NCBI GenBank assembly: GCA_010015805.1
Contig: ML978121.1
Location: 2,852,001 to 2,916,000, forward strand
DNA from: Rhizodiscina lignyota
Taxonomy: Eukaryota
Length of the DNA stretch: 64,000 nt
Direction of reading: 5' to 3'
The notes beneath the pieces were generated by a model. That model saw only the letters and a program-made list of their open reading frames with translations, did no database searches and had not been told where the DNA came from. This document shows, piece after piece, positions 14,201-26,804 of this stretch. A program made the translations under genes and the position numbers. Within the stretch, counting starts at the first letter, position 1. Every line of letters begins with the position of its first letter.

Positions 14201-15358
14201 GACAGACTGGGGCGGACTGCGCCGATTGACTGGAGCATCAGCGAGTTGGGCAACGAGCTGCACCGCAACAGAGGAGCATAGCGAATTCGCGAATGGGGTA
14301 CGCTGCGAGCAGTCAGGATGAGAAGACTTCGAGGGTGCTCTCGCTAGACATGCTGGCCGCCGCCTCTCAGCAAGCTGCAAGCTGCAAGGCTCACGCCGCA
14401 GCGCTGTGGTGCCAAAATTAACATGGATGCAGCGGGACGCTTGACTCCTGATGGGCGCGCGCACGGTGTCCCGAGGATGCACCGCGAGCTAAGATCCACC
14501 ACATTAGGATAGCGGGCTTGCGGCTCAGCGCGACCACAGCTTCCATCCTACAGCAGTTGTGCAGCTAGCAGCTTCGTGCATTTCCTCCCAGCGACTGGAT
14601 TGCCGCAGTGCCATTCACGGCCCTTCCAAAGGCGCGCATGATCTACGGGATTTTTGTCCTCTTCCTTGGATCGCTCCGAGGACGGCCCAGAAGTGGCGCA
14701 TTCGCGAGCAGCAGAGCCATGCAAACAGTTCTGCAGACGCCTCTACGACCGCCCAATCAATCCAGACGTCATCGAGGCATGTGCGTCGTTCCATGGCGTT
14801 TTGCACACGCTGCACAACCGCCTGCTAACCGACGTGCTCAGAGGCATGCCTGAACACGGGAAAGCCGTTGAGAGCAACAGGGGACTCGTGATTATTTTCC
14901 TCCTTGAAGATCACAATAACCATCCCCCCCATCCACCTGGACATGATTCGTGCATGATCCAAAAATGCTCCACAGCCCTAGAGCACAGATGAAATCCGCA
15001 GTGTGGAGTGGTTCCTCCGGTGCTGACCATCATAGCGCACCGGAGGAGGAGTGCTACATCCGTGACTTCCCCAGCGCCATGCAAGTGCAGGGCTAGGCTG
15101 TGCTATGCCAGATTTACCTTCTCGCTCGAAGCTTGATCCTGACAGACGCCGGCAGCATGGGATTCTAGCACAGCTTTAGGCAAGAGCAAGATTGATAGCT
15201 TTTCCACCAGAAGGTATATATGCATCTTCCACACTTCCAATTGTCAACATCTCGACACCAGGACTTTCTTACATTCTCTCGCTCCTTCTCCTTCTCCTTG
15301 GACTAACTGTATCATCCTTTCAGTTCTTTCGTATTTTATTTCCTAGTAGTACACAACC

Positions 15359-17143
15359 ATGGTCCAATTCTCTACCCTCACTGCCAGCCTCCTGGGCTTG
15401 GCCTCGACTACCCTCGCCGCTAATATTAACCGCCTCCAAAGCCGAGGCGTGGACTGCTCCAAGACCAACAATGGACCGACCAGCAGAGAGTGCTGGTACA
15501 GCGGTTGGGATGTCAACTGTGATACCGATACCCAATGGCCCCAGACTGGAGAGACCAAGACAGTATGTTAATCGTATGATTATACCTAACTTGTATTAAC
15601 CAAATTGCAGTACAACTTCGAACTCACAGAGCAAAACTTATCTCCCGACGGTCATGAGCGACCGATGATGGTTATCAACGGTCAATACCCAGGTCCCACC
15701 ATTGAGGCCAACTGGGGCGACACCATCAGCGTCACTGTCAAGAACTCTCTTCAGGACAATGGCACCAGCATCCATTGGCACGGCTTCCGTCAGTACCACA
15801 CCAACACCCAGGATGGCACCAACGGTATCACCGAATGTGCGCTCGCGCCCGGCGCCTCAAGGACTTACACCTTTGTGGCTTCTCAGTTCGGCACTTCCTG
15901 GTACCACTCTCACTACTCGATGCAGTATGCCAATGGTGTTGTTGGCCCAATTGTCATCCATGGCCCTGCTTCTGCCAACTACGACATTGAGCTTGACCCC
16001 ATTGCTCTCACTGACTGGTTCTATGAGGATGCGTTCCCCCTCTACACCGATGCTTCTCACGCTCAGGGTCCTCCCACTGCGAACAACACCCTCGTGGCTG
16101 GCAAGATGGTTGCTCCTAGCGGTGGTAGCGGCGGCGAGTACTACGTTGCGAAACTTACCCCTGGCAAGAAGCACCTGGTGCGCTTCGTCAACACTGGTAT
16201 CAACAACTACTTCCACGTTGGACTCGACAACCACAAGATGCAGGTTGTTGGCGCAGATTTCGTTCCTATCAAGCCGTATACCACTGACAGCATCGTCATC
16301 GGTGTCGGCCAGCGCTACGATGTCATCATCGACGCTGACCAGTCCGTCGATAACTACTGGCTCCGAATTGGAACCGGCAATGGCGGTCAGGGTGACGCAT
16401 CTACTTTCTGCGACGGCCCGAATGCAAATGAAGGCAATGTCAAGGCTATCTTCCGTTACAATGGTGCTGCAGACAGCAACCCAAGCACTGATGGCACTCT
16501 TCCAACTGGATGCTACGATGAGACCTCAACGACACCTATCGTCTCGACTGACGTCCCCAATGGCCTTCCTAAGGACTTCGAGGTTACTTTCACCCCGGCT
16601 GATGCTAGCGGCAATGTTGTGCAATGGCTTGTGAACAACTCTGCGATCAACATCAACTGGGACAAGCCGACGCTCCAGTACGTCGAGGATAGCCAGACCT
16701 CTTACCCATCGAGCGATAACGTCTACGAAATTAACGTGGCTGCGGGCGATTGGACATACTGGGTTCTTCACCAGGATGCTAGCAACCCACCTCTTCCCCA
16801 CCCGATCCATCTTCACGGTCACGATTTCTGGGTCCTCGCACAGGGCGATGGAACGTTCGATGGTACCCTCAACCTTACCAACCCAACTCGCCGAGACACT
16901 GCTACTCTTCCTGCAGGTGGTCATCTCGTCCTTGCTTTCCCCGCCGATAACCCGGGTGCATGGTTGATGCATTGCCACATTCCGTTCCACATCTCTGGTG
17001 GCCTTGGTCTTCAGTTCCTCGAGCGCAAGGACGACATTCTGTCCACGGTCGGCAGCCTCAGCGCCTTCGACGACGAGTGCAAGAAGTGGGATGCTTATGA
17101 GAACTCCGCCGAGTTCGTCAACAAGACCGACTCAGGTCTGTAG
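15359..17143 (+). CDS. Secreted ascomycete laccase (multicopper oxidase, AA1); intron 15563-15610
   Basis: Signal peptide; copper motifs HWHG, WYHSH, HPIHLHGH, HCHIPFH; C-terminal DSGL plug typical of asco-laccases. Confidence 0.97.
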
Positions 17144-18486
17144 AGGAGGACAGCGTCGATGGCGCTAGCTGTTTTGAAAAGCGTTTGCTTCTAATTTTCC
17201 TGTGATACCTTTGTTCCTGTAATGTTCTGTGGAGGACCTAGGAATCGTGCATGGTGGCACGCATTAGCGTTGCATTTGCTGGCGTACCGGGACATAATCA
17301 CGAATCGGGGCATTTTCGCAGGGTTGCACATTTGCATGAAGTCTTGTCAGTTTTCGTATCTTCCGATTCTCGTCACAGATCTCAGCGACAGAAGCTATCT
17401 ATTTGATCCTGAGATTAATGTGTAAATGGATAAACACTTCGGGTTGAAGTGTATACCTGATGTATTAATTTCTACTCTCATCCAAACCTGAATATTCAGT
17501 TCGTTCCCTGCGCCGAGCATTGCTTCAGTATTGACATGCGCTTCGTCACATGCTCACGATATTTTTCTCCTGCCTTATCCTCTCCCGCGTGATGCTGCGC
17601 AATGTTGGACCAAAAGCTCTCGTTGAGTTGATTGGTGCGTCAACATCTTCCTGTTCAACTCATGGATTCGCCAAATCCACAGCAATCTCGCTTCAGTCTC
17701 AGTCTGCGGCACAGCTGCTGAGTGGCGCTCAATTGCACTTTCATCTCCTCGAGACCTAAAGATAGCCATCGCAATCGTTGCCATTTCCAACTTCTCGTCT
17801 ACATGTGATCCTTCAGCCTCGTCTTGACCATCTGGAAGGCCCCGGATACCTGCCTTGGCGAGAGAGGGGTCTTTTTTTGACGTCTGTGGCGGTGTATGCT
17901 TCACGTCGGCAATTGTGGTGGAGAGCCGCCGATCCTGCCTGAGAGGCTGAGTGACATCACGGCCAACGCGACGGAGAATTTTAACAATGTAATGCGCAGC
18001 ATAACCGGCGCTCAATCTTGCAGATTATTCTAGGATCTCCTCGTGGCAATTTTGACAGCTGTTCGCAGGAATCTTGCACTCCTTGACCATGCCTGCAAAA
18101 GTGGGCATTCGACGAGGATTCGAAGAGCCTCAGATCGTCCGTGGAGATCCGGCTGTTGCCAAATTGGGAATGGTTCACGTGATACATATACATACCCTCG
18201 TCGTTGGATTAGAGTTGGAATGTGGCGGCGGGAGATCTGGAGCCAGTCTAATTACAATAGTCTGATCTCTTGGAAGAGAACAAACTCAAGCAATTGACAA
18301 GGACAAGAGATCTGGTGGCGTCGTCCGTGTGAAAACATGCTCATGTCACGTGCAGCACGAGTCATCTGAAGCCATATCCGCTCGAACTTGCGCATCGCAA
18401 TTCCTTTCCCACGCTACCTTCTCCTAGACAATATTGGACTCCTCCCCTTCCTTTAAAGACCTCCATCTCCGCTCTCACGCCTTGTC

Positions 18487-19860
18487 ATGGGCCGCACCGA
18501 GCCTAGCATCGGACGCCCTCCTCCGACCTTTCGAAAGAACCAGCGGGCGAAGAAGGCACGCGACACGCTTAACAAGACTATACCGGCACTTCTCGTGGGA
18601 AATGCACGCGCAAGAGACGGAGTGGCAGCTGCGGAGCTGATCCTTCAGCCAGCAGCATCTAGGAGTTCAGGCGTTGGGAAGCGTGAGAGTGGACGAAAAC
18701 GAGGCGGCAAGAGGAGCGGCAAAAGGCGCGCAATCGAAGACGAAGAAGAGAACGATGGCGCCGACGTAGGCGGACCTGCCGTGCCGGTAGGCATGCATGA
18801 GGAAGAGAATGATACTCCTCCGAATGTCAGAGTCCTCGTTACGGATACCCTGACCGCGGCTGCTATCCTTAATCGCTCGATAACTGTCCCTCCGAGCCCT
18901 CAGAAGCGCGGTGCGACCTCGAAGAATGTGGCGATTCTCAACATGGCATCTCCCCTCCGACCTGGTGGTGGCTTTCTTAGCGGCGCAACGTCGCAAGAGG
19001 AGTTTCTGTGCATGCGAACAACATTATACCCGTCCCTGCGAGAACAATTCTACAGACTACCAGAGGTTGGGGCGGTATGGAGCCCAAACATACTGGTGTT
19101 TAGAAATAGCTCTGCGGATGCCGCAGATCAGCCACAACAGGAGAGATTTTGGGTCGATGCCATAAGCGCTGCGGCACTGAGATTCCCAGAGGTCGAGCTG
19201 AAATGGAGGAAGACCGACAAAACAGACGATGTAACTAGGCAAGAGGAAGTCGCAGATCTAGTCTACGCCGATAAGAAGGATGCGGATCTACTGAGAAGAA
19301 AGATCAAAGCCGTCCTGCAGATATTGCGAAGCAAAGGTGTGGAGCAGGTTGTCCTCGGAGCTTGGGGCTGTGGCGCTTACGGGAATCCCATAGGGGAGAA
19401 TGCCAGGGCCTGGAAAGAGATCCTTCTTGGCCTTCCAAAGAAGGGGGATGCAGCATCACGTTCCTCAAATACTAATACAAAACAGGAGAAGTGGTTTGGT
19501 CTTAAAGAGGTTGTCTTTGCGATCACGCAGCCGAGGATGGCCGAAGACTTCGCACGTTCCTGGGGCTCGGATCTTGGAGTCGAGACTCCTTCCATCCGTG
19601 GCGAATACGATGATGAAAACGACGACCTAAGTGACCAAGGAAGCGATGGGCTTGAAGAGATCAGAGTCAAAATCGCGCAACTTGAGTCTCAGATTGCTAA
19701 CGTAAAGACGCCTGTTCTCAAAACAGGGCTGGAAGCAGTATTGCAAAGGCTGACAAGCGAGCTCGACGCCAAGTCCGGTGTCTCGAATCCCTCTAAGGTC
19801 TTGCCCTCTGAACAAGACTCCGATGCGGATGAGAACGAAACCCAAGATGAGGACGACTGA
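18487..19860 (+). CDS. Microbial-type poly(ADP-ribose) glycohydrolase macrodomain (TIGR02452/DUF2263-like)
   Basis: LNMAS..PGGGFLSGATSQEEFLC (GGG-x6-QEE signature), VLGAWGCGAYGNP; intronless; basic N-terminal stretch (RKRGGKRSGKRR). Confidence 0.88.
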   Translation: MGRTEPSIGRPPPTFRKNQRAKKARDTLNKTIPALLVGNARARDGVAAAELILQPAASRSSGVGKRESGRKRGGKRSGKRRAIEDEEENDGADVGGPAVPVGMHEEENDTPPNVRVLVTDTLTAAAILNRSITVPPSPQKRGATSKNVAILNMASPLRPGGGFLSGATSQEEFLCMRTTLYPSLREQFYRLPEVGAVWSPNILVFRNSSADAADQPQQERFWVDAISAAALRFPEVELKWRKTDKTDDVTRQEEVADLVYADKKDADLLRRKIKAVLQILRSKGVEQVVLGAWGCGAYGNPIGENARAWKEILLGLPKKGDAASRSSNTNTKQEKWFGLKEVVFAITQPRMAEDFARSWGSDLGVETPSIRGEYDDENDDLSDQGSDGLEEIRVKIAQLESQIANVKTPVLKTGLEAVLQRLTSELDAKSGVSNPSKVLPSEQDSDADENETQDEDD

Positions 19861-19887
19861 ATATAGCAGATGTTGCAAAGAGAACAT

Positions 19888-20958
19888 TTACCAGGACGCC
19901 GACGTCTGGCTTAGTCGGCCGCCGTCAATTAGTGACGCAGCACCATTTGCGTATGAACCCGCCCTTGATGCCAGATACAAAATAGTGCCTGCCATGTCCT
20001 CCTCCCGTCCGAAACGTCCTTCTGGAATAAAGCTGCTGTCCGCCCTCCCAGTCTTTTTGGCTTCTTCGACATAGTTCATGAAAGCCGCCGCCATTCCGGA
20101 TGGGAACACTGGGGGCGTTAGTCGTTGTCTCTTCGGCTGAGAGAAACTATCGAACTTACGACCAGGGGCAATAGTATTGAGCCTGATGTTGAGGCCGTAC
20201 TCTCCGAATACCGTAACCAGAGTCTGCACCATGTGCGTAACTCCTGCTTTACTTGCGCGGTAGCTGTTGATGTTGGTTGAGTTATGATGAGCTTCATGAC
20301 GTATTCTGAGGATTGACTTACGCAAAGCCAGACCCTCTAGCTTTCATGTATGCCGCCACGCTTGACGTGACAATCACCTGGCTTTTCACGTCTCCACCAT
20401 AATACAGCGCTCGCTTGTTTCCCTCATCAAGCAAGTCAAGGAATGCCATGACGTTGTAGAAGACGCTCGTCACGTTGATTCTCAGGCAGTTATCCCAATC
20501 CTCCATCGGAGTCTTCATGGCTTCTTCCTGAAACTCCTTTACAGTTTTCTTCTTCTCTTCTTTGAGGCCGTGCGGCAGGGAGCCGGATCCTGGGCCAGAT
20601 GATCCTGCATTGGCAACAAGAAGGTTGAGGTAGCCGTCTTCCTTGCGGACATGCTCTGCAAGCGCCACCAGGCTTTCTTTCGATGTCACGTCTCCTTGCA
20701 ATGGAACGATATTGCCATGCGGAGATTGCTTTGCTGCATTTTCGAGCACTTCAGCACGCCTACCCGTAATATAGACTTTCTTCGCGCCATTTAGAGCGAG
20801 TGCCTTCGCAATCATCAAGCCGATGCCTGATTGGTCAAGGAAGTCAGCTTGCGCACTATGCGATTGACGGCGAAGGGTATCCAACCTGTACCGCCTCCAG
20901 TGACAAGCGCAACTATGCCATCAACTCGAAATAGACTTTCTACAGCGAGACCTGACAT
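19888..20958 (-). CDS. Short-chain dehydrogenase/reductase (multi-exon)
   Basis: ALVTGGGTG|IG Rossmann motif across an intron, LVANAG, YRASK catalytic motif, IRLNTIAPG, GRFGREEDMAG, IDGG. Confidence 0.92.
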
Positions 20959-22000
20959 TCTAAAGGTGATAAGCAATTGAAAATGTGCGAGACAAAAGTG
21001 CTGCGGCGACAGAATATAATGCGTTCTCTGTTTGAAAACGGCAATCTAAGATTCCCTTTTTTTTGTACTTATCTACGGTTAGATTCACGAAGTGTGTGCA
21101 AGGAACGGCCGTAAACGATGTCATCACACTAAGTAATCTACGACCGAATAGAGGTACGCCTGCTTACTGTCCAGTGTGGTAAATGCCTTGTTAGGCAGTG
21201 CTTACGTCTTGTGTGCTCCACGACGCCTGCAAGAGCGGATACTGAGCTCTCGAATCGGACAATCCAGGGCATTCGCGGCCGCGCACGCAAGAGCCCGGTA
21301 GTTACATAAGAGAGCCCTCCGAGCTCTTTACGAAGTAAAGCTTTGAAATTCGCTGCCTCGGATAACGCCGATATGTCCGCCGGCGGAGACACGCCGGAGA
21401 CCGTTGCAGGCCCCTTGCTCAGTCGATAACTCAATCTTAACCTCACATCATGAGATGGATTGCTTGCAAGCCAAATATATACTTCAATTCGTATTTCGCT
21501 GTAGCTTCACAATCAGGATGGCCTTTGTAGGTAGTAAATGCCGATTCTTGTGTGACCGTCGATGCAATTCTTCAAGGTGGAAACTGCAGACGGCATGGAC
21601 TTGCGTTTGATTCGTTCCTCCTCCATCTCGATACACAAGAAGAGTAGGCGCGTCTTGTGAAGCTGCTCAAGTCATATAGCACTTGCTAAGTTGTGGAACT
21701 GGTTTGTTTACTACTGAACATGGAAGGCGGCCACCGCTGGGTAATACTTAATCTTGTGTCTCATCTCCTTTCTTCGTCTCTTCTTCTTCACATCCATCTT
21801 GCAAGCTCTATCTCTGCAGGTAAGTTTCAAATGCACGCCTTGCAGACATTGCTAACAACCCATTTAGGGAGCTATCGGAGCATCATTACCTTGTGCAGAG
21901 TGAGTCCGTTCTCAGAGATTCGTCGCCAACACTGACCTCTTCAGGTTCCATCCCGCTGTTTCCCGTTCATCCCTCATCTGAAAATCGCCTCTCTGTAGCT

Positions 22001-23980
22001 ATGCATCTCTCAGTCAATCTAGCAGCTCTGCTGCTCTCCGTCCCTGCCCTCATCAACGCGTCACCTCTCGCCAGCATCGAGACGACAATCAAAGACGGGA
22101 CAACGACACTGCGATCAACCTCAACGATCACGATATCGCCATCGACAACGACCACGCGCAGAACTCAGCCGTTGACGATAGTCGAGGAAGTCGAGACTTC
22201 GACGATATCGACTGCGCGACCGGTGACAATCACGATCTCGCATCCGAGACGGCCTTCATTGACTCTTGTGTCGCTGAAGTCAACGCCAACATTTTCGACG
22301 CACACCGAACATGGCACTACATTTGTGGAGCTCTCATACTCGCCATCTTCAACCAGGACGTACATGTCGGACAGGTACTCCGCTTCCGTTGAGCGTTTGG
22401 ACTCTGCCTTCGAGGGGATGTCGAGTCTCGTGTCCAGTATCGAGAGTGGGCTGTCCGCGACCGGAAGCTTCACTGACGTGACTGGGACTCTCACTGTACC
22501 ATGGACGAGCTCTTCCACCTCGCCATCTATGACAATCCAACATGGCACTTCGACAGTGACGTCTTTACCAGAATCGACCAAGTCATCAACGTCGTCGGTG
22601 GACCCTGACGACTTGCTTGATGAAATCTCGTTCACGCCGCTGACCCAATCCACTTCTTCTCGCCGGCGCACTCGTGTCGTGGTCACCACTACCGTCTACG
22701 TTTCGCACACCTTGACCTCGACTACTACTGAGACCACGCGAGTCACTTCCGCGTCCTCGGCCGCTGAGACGTTCACAGTGTTGAACGATGAAGACATTTC
22801 TGAAATCGAGTCCGAATTTCTCGACCACGCGACATCGACAACCTCGTCTGAAACAATGCCTGTGACGAGCATGCCGTTGAGCCACTACGACGCCGACTCC
22901 CTCAAAGGAAACGCCCGAGAATACATCGACGCATTGGCCATCGAACACTGGTTTGAGGACCTGGAAGCTGATCATGAGGACACTAATGCGATTGCTGCTG
23001 AGATATTCCTGTCTAACTTTATGTCGGTCTTTCTGCCCTTTTATCTCCCCGACGAGCCAACTTCTGCCGTTGATCTTTATCCGACACCTCCTGCAAGCTT
23101 TTATGCCACGGCGTCCTCATCCTGGGCAGAAATGATCTCCCACGGAAGTGCCATGACTTCAATCGGTGCTCAGAGTTCTCTCAGCTCCCCGGGTTCATTC
23201 GAGACCTATCTCTCGCATGCCTCTGAGTTCATTTCAATATTGGAAAGGTTCATGGAAGCAAGGATGACGCTTATGGATAACGTTGCGCATGCGAATGAGT
23301 CAGGCGACGAGACAGAAAAAATCAAAAGCCTGCTTTGGTCTTCGATCGATGCGCTAATGGTACTCGCCTCGACATCCGCCCAAATGACAACCCCCCAAAC
23401 AACATCCGCCCAAACACCTTCGCGCACACTCGCTGCAACCTACGCCTTGATTACGACTACAGCTGAGACCCTTGGTACGATGAGCGCAATTTGGACCACT
23501 GAGGGGGTGAAACCAGGATATGCCAGCATGAAATTCATCCCAACTGCCACATCCACGGTCACGACCACCATCACATCAACAATCACGGTTGATGACATCG
23601 AAAAGCGCAACAGTGGATCTTTTCCCACGCCATACATTGTTAAGGGCTCTCACACGCCATCAATGGTCACCCTGACGACGCGAATGCAATCACAACCGGA
23701 GCCGTCTATTGGCGGGTCTGACGGGGACTTGGGGGAACTCTTCGAGGAGGTGGATTCCCCGGGTGCTTTGGTCATCTTTCACGATGGCGACATCGACATC
23801 GAGTACAACACTGGCCTGCAGAAGAGGGGTGCCGCACCGAGTGCCACGTTCCCGTCCCATGTGGAGAAGACGAGGAATCCTCCTCCCCCTCACAAGGATG
23901 AGAAGGGAAAGGTTATCATTGTCGACGACGGCCATGTGAAGGTTCAGGTCAACAACTGGGGACCGTCGACAAAGCAGTAA
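22001..23980 (+). CDS. Secreted Ser/Thr-rich mucin-like protein
   Basis: Signal peptide MHLSVNLAALLLSVPALINA; long S/T-rich ORF; two KR sites near the C-terminus; probable 5'UTR intron at about 21820-21868. Confidence 0.75.
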   Translation: MHLSVNLAALLLSVPALINASPLASIETTIKDGTTTLRSTSTITISPSTTTTRRTQPLTIVEEVETSTISTARPVTITISHPRRPSLTLVSLKSTPTFSTHTEHGTTFVELSYSPSSTRTYMSDRYSASVERLDSAFEGMSSLVSSIESGLSATGSFTDVTGTLTVPWTSSSTSPSMTIQHGTSTVTSLPESTKSSTSSVDPDDLLDEISFTPLTQSTSSRRRTRVVVTTTVYVSHTLTSTTTETTRVTSASSAAETFTVLNDEDISEIESEFLDHATSTTSSETMPVTSMPLSHYDADSLKGNAREYIDALAIEHWFEDLEADHEDTNAIAAEIFLSNFMSVFLPFYLPDEPTSAVDLYPTPPASFYATASSSWAEMISHGSAMTSIGAQSSLSSPGSFETYLSHASEFISILERFMEARMTLMDNVAHANESGDETEKIKSLLWSSIDALMVLASTSAQMTTPQTTSAQTPSRTLAATYALITTTAETLGTMSAIWTTEGVKPGYASMKFIPTATSTVTTTITSTITVDDIEKRNSGSFPTPYIVKGSHTPSMVTLTTRMQSQPEPSIGGSDGDLGELFEEVDSPGALVIFHDGDIDIEYNTGLQKRGAAPSATFPSHVEKTRNPPPPHKDEKGKVIIVDDGHVKVQVNNWGPSTKQ

Positions 23981-24291
23981 GATGCTGAGTCATGAAGTAA
24001 TATTGATGTCATGGGCGACAGAGGGACAGAGGGGCTAGGATAGAATTGTTATGTTTGCTGTTGTTGCTTTTTTGTTCTTTGCTCCTTTCTGTATCATGCC
24101 GCTAACGCTCGTACGATACCCATGAATTGATACTGTTTGCCTTTTCAAGGTCTGGCTTCTTCATATGCTTCACTCTTCTGCTCATGTCTCATAGACGATC
24201 AACTCTCCCGCCGATGCTTGGTATTTGCTGGCTACGATACAGAGTTTGGTCGACGAATCCGCCGCCCATCCAACGGTTATCATCAAATATC

Positions 24292-25249
24292 CTAGCTGTT
24301 GGAGCCGCTCAACTTCTTGGACATGTCATCAAGACTGAGGTCTGTCCGCAGGGCATTATTCCCCAGCCCTTCCGCGTCCATGATTCCCTGTCTCACCGCA
24401 AGAGTCTTCTTGACAGATTCCCTCGCTTGCATGCGATCGTGCCACGCCAGCACATTGGAAAACTTTGACAGCGGCGTCTCACCTGCCGGATAGAGCATAC
24501 TCAATGGGAGAATAACATTCCACATGAAGAATGAGAGATCAGCATACGTGCACTTGTCGCCGACAAGCCACGTCTTTCCCTCGAGCGCCCCATTCAGCAC
24601 GCCAAGGACACGCTCTGCTTGCTCGACGTATCGGTCGACGACAGAAGGCAGCTTTTCTGGGTGGAAGTAATTGAACCTGTGACTTCCTTAGCAGATTGCT
24701 GTTCCCCGAATCCAAGTAGTACTTACCAGCCGATTTGTCCGTAATACGGACCTTGCTGGCTCATTTGGAACATCAACCATTGATTCAGCAGGTTCTTCTC
24801 TTTCAAAGTGGTGTACACCAGCTTCTTCTCAGTGTCGTACTGGTCGATCAAGTACAAAACGATCGCTCCGGATTCCCAGAGCATGAGCTCCGTGTTAGGA
24901 TCCTCCATGACTTATTCCGTTAGAGCTGTGCAACACAATGGAATCACACGAAGCCTTTGACGTACCAGGGACTTTGCCACTTGGGTTCAATTTGCGCAAA
25001 TCGGGGCCAAGAGCTCCTCGAATGTCAGCGGGATGATCTTGTACGGAATACCAAGCTTCTCGAGAATAATGACTGGCTGTACGTCCGTTACTGAAGCGAC
25101 CCTTAACATGTTGCCAGTTGAAGTAGGTATACCTTCCACGGATTTGGGCCCGCCGCTGTTGAATAGTCAGTACATATATCCCCGGCGCAGACAGCGCTGC
25201 ATTATCATCAGAGCTTACCAGAAACCCAGATCTTGATTGGTTCAACCAT
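24292..25249 (-). pseudogene. Glutathione S-transferase (Ure2/GST-like) with apparent 1-nt frameshift
   Basis: Spliced MVEPIKIWVS|AAGPNPWK|PVIILEKLGIPY..; NPSGKVP, LWESGAI, WLMFQMSQQGPYYGQ, WLVGDKCTYADL. NPSGKVP is out of frame with the upstream part of its exon (TGA at 24987-24989). Confidence 0.8.
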
Positions 25250-26804
25250 TGTCGCTTTACCATATGATTTGGATAGACTTCAACCTGTCCGTTAGGCAAT
25301 GAGAGGAGGAAAAAAGCTGAGATGGCCAAATCAAATGCTGACAAGACAGAAATGCCAGCTGAAAGCAAATGTAGAACTTGTCAGAGCGTTTAGGGCTTCA
25401 ACTTCCCCCAGAGACCCGGTCGAAGTGTTCGGATTGATTGAAGAAAAGTGAACTTGTAGAGTGAAGGACTTGAATAGATACAAGGACAATTTTCTCCTTC
25501 AAATCGATCGGAGAATCCTCGTCGCATGACTTTTGTTCCCCCGATCTTGGCTGGAGCTCAGTATTACGACAAGTCGGACGAACTTTGCCCATTGTCAGAA
25601 ACGAGATCTTACGTGGAGATGCGAAGAGCATAAGATCATGTCCATTCAAACTGATTTCGATTATGAGGTATACTTTTGAAGACAGTCTATAAACTCTCGA
25701 AAGTTTACCCAGAGCGTTTAAGGAGACGCCGATATCGGACAATCGGTGGAATGGCGTTGGCGTTCAACTACACAGCCACATTTACAAATGACATTCCATT
25801 CCATCCAACCTTAAAGTTACCTCTTCAGACAGGTTCGAGGTCTCGGTGGGAATGCGGACCGGGCTATTTCCGTTCTTGTTTTCTGTACTAGTTGGCTTTC
25901 TGCGTTTGACAACATACTTGTGGTTATGTGCGGGTTCGGACGATCCCCTTCGGTCCGCTGCATCCAACCTGGATCCCTTAAAGCCCATGCGGGCAAACGA
26001 AGTTGACGCTAGAACAGTGAGTATGCAAATCTTGGCGATCGTGGATCGATTGCTCCTTGGTGGTGATCGTGAAACAGCCTGAGGCTGCCCCTGAAGCTGC
26101 CCAGCTGCCTTTGCGAAAAGGAGACAAACCGAACGTCACTACGGACATGTTTGGAATTAGAGAAGTTGCAGGCAGGAAAACCAGCTGCCCAGAGAACTGC
26201 CGAGCGTTACTACACGGAGCTGGTACCGCCTCTATTCACTACTTGCCGGGTGACGTATCTGGTCCGATTTGAATCATCGTATCTTCTTCACAGCATTTTA
26301 ATATGCTATGGACAAATTACATTCAGGGTCTCTGTTCTTGATTTCCAGTTACTACACTTCATAAAACTTGATGTCCCTTCAATTATTGTTCTCCTGTATT
26401 GGGTTGTCCTGTGTGGGGGCGGCTCCGTCGTTGCTTTCACTCTTTTCACAGATATTCCGATAGCGCGAACGTAACACGCATCAATTGAGGGGCGTACTCG
26501 AAGCGCTAGGCATCGCATAAACAACATACTCTCCGCTTGATTGTGTTCTGGACTTGACCACATTGCTTTCCGCCGCCTGGCGTTTTTGACTGAACATCTT
26601 CTGCACCTTCTTGTTGAAAGCTTCCTGGGTATCAACGGACTGTCGGTACCAGGCATATAATGGAATAACAAACAACACTATCGCGCCCAAGCTACGCGTC
26701 AAGCCAAACAGCAGCGACAGAGAGGAACGACGCAGAAACGTATAAAGAGGAAGAAGACATGGAAGGCATCGCCTCGCTGTTTTGGAGGGCTCCGGCACCT
26801 AAGC

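Noticed and set aside
15359..17143. Laccase as part of the Tyr-peptide cluster
   Set aside because: About 25 kb away and separated by many housekeeping genes; no evidence of linkage
26481..26798. 105-aa minus-strand ORF with a hydrophobic segment
   Set aside because: Non-ATG start only 7 bp from the lectin-like start and no recognisable family; not supportable
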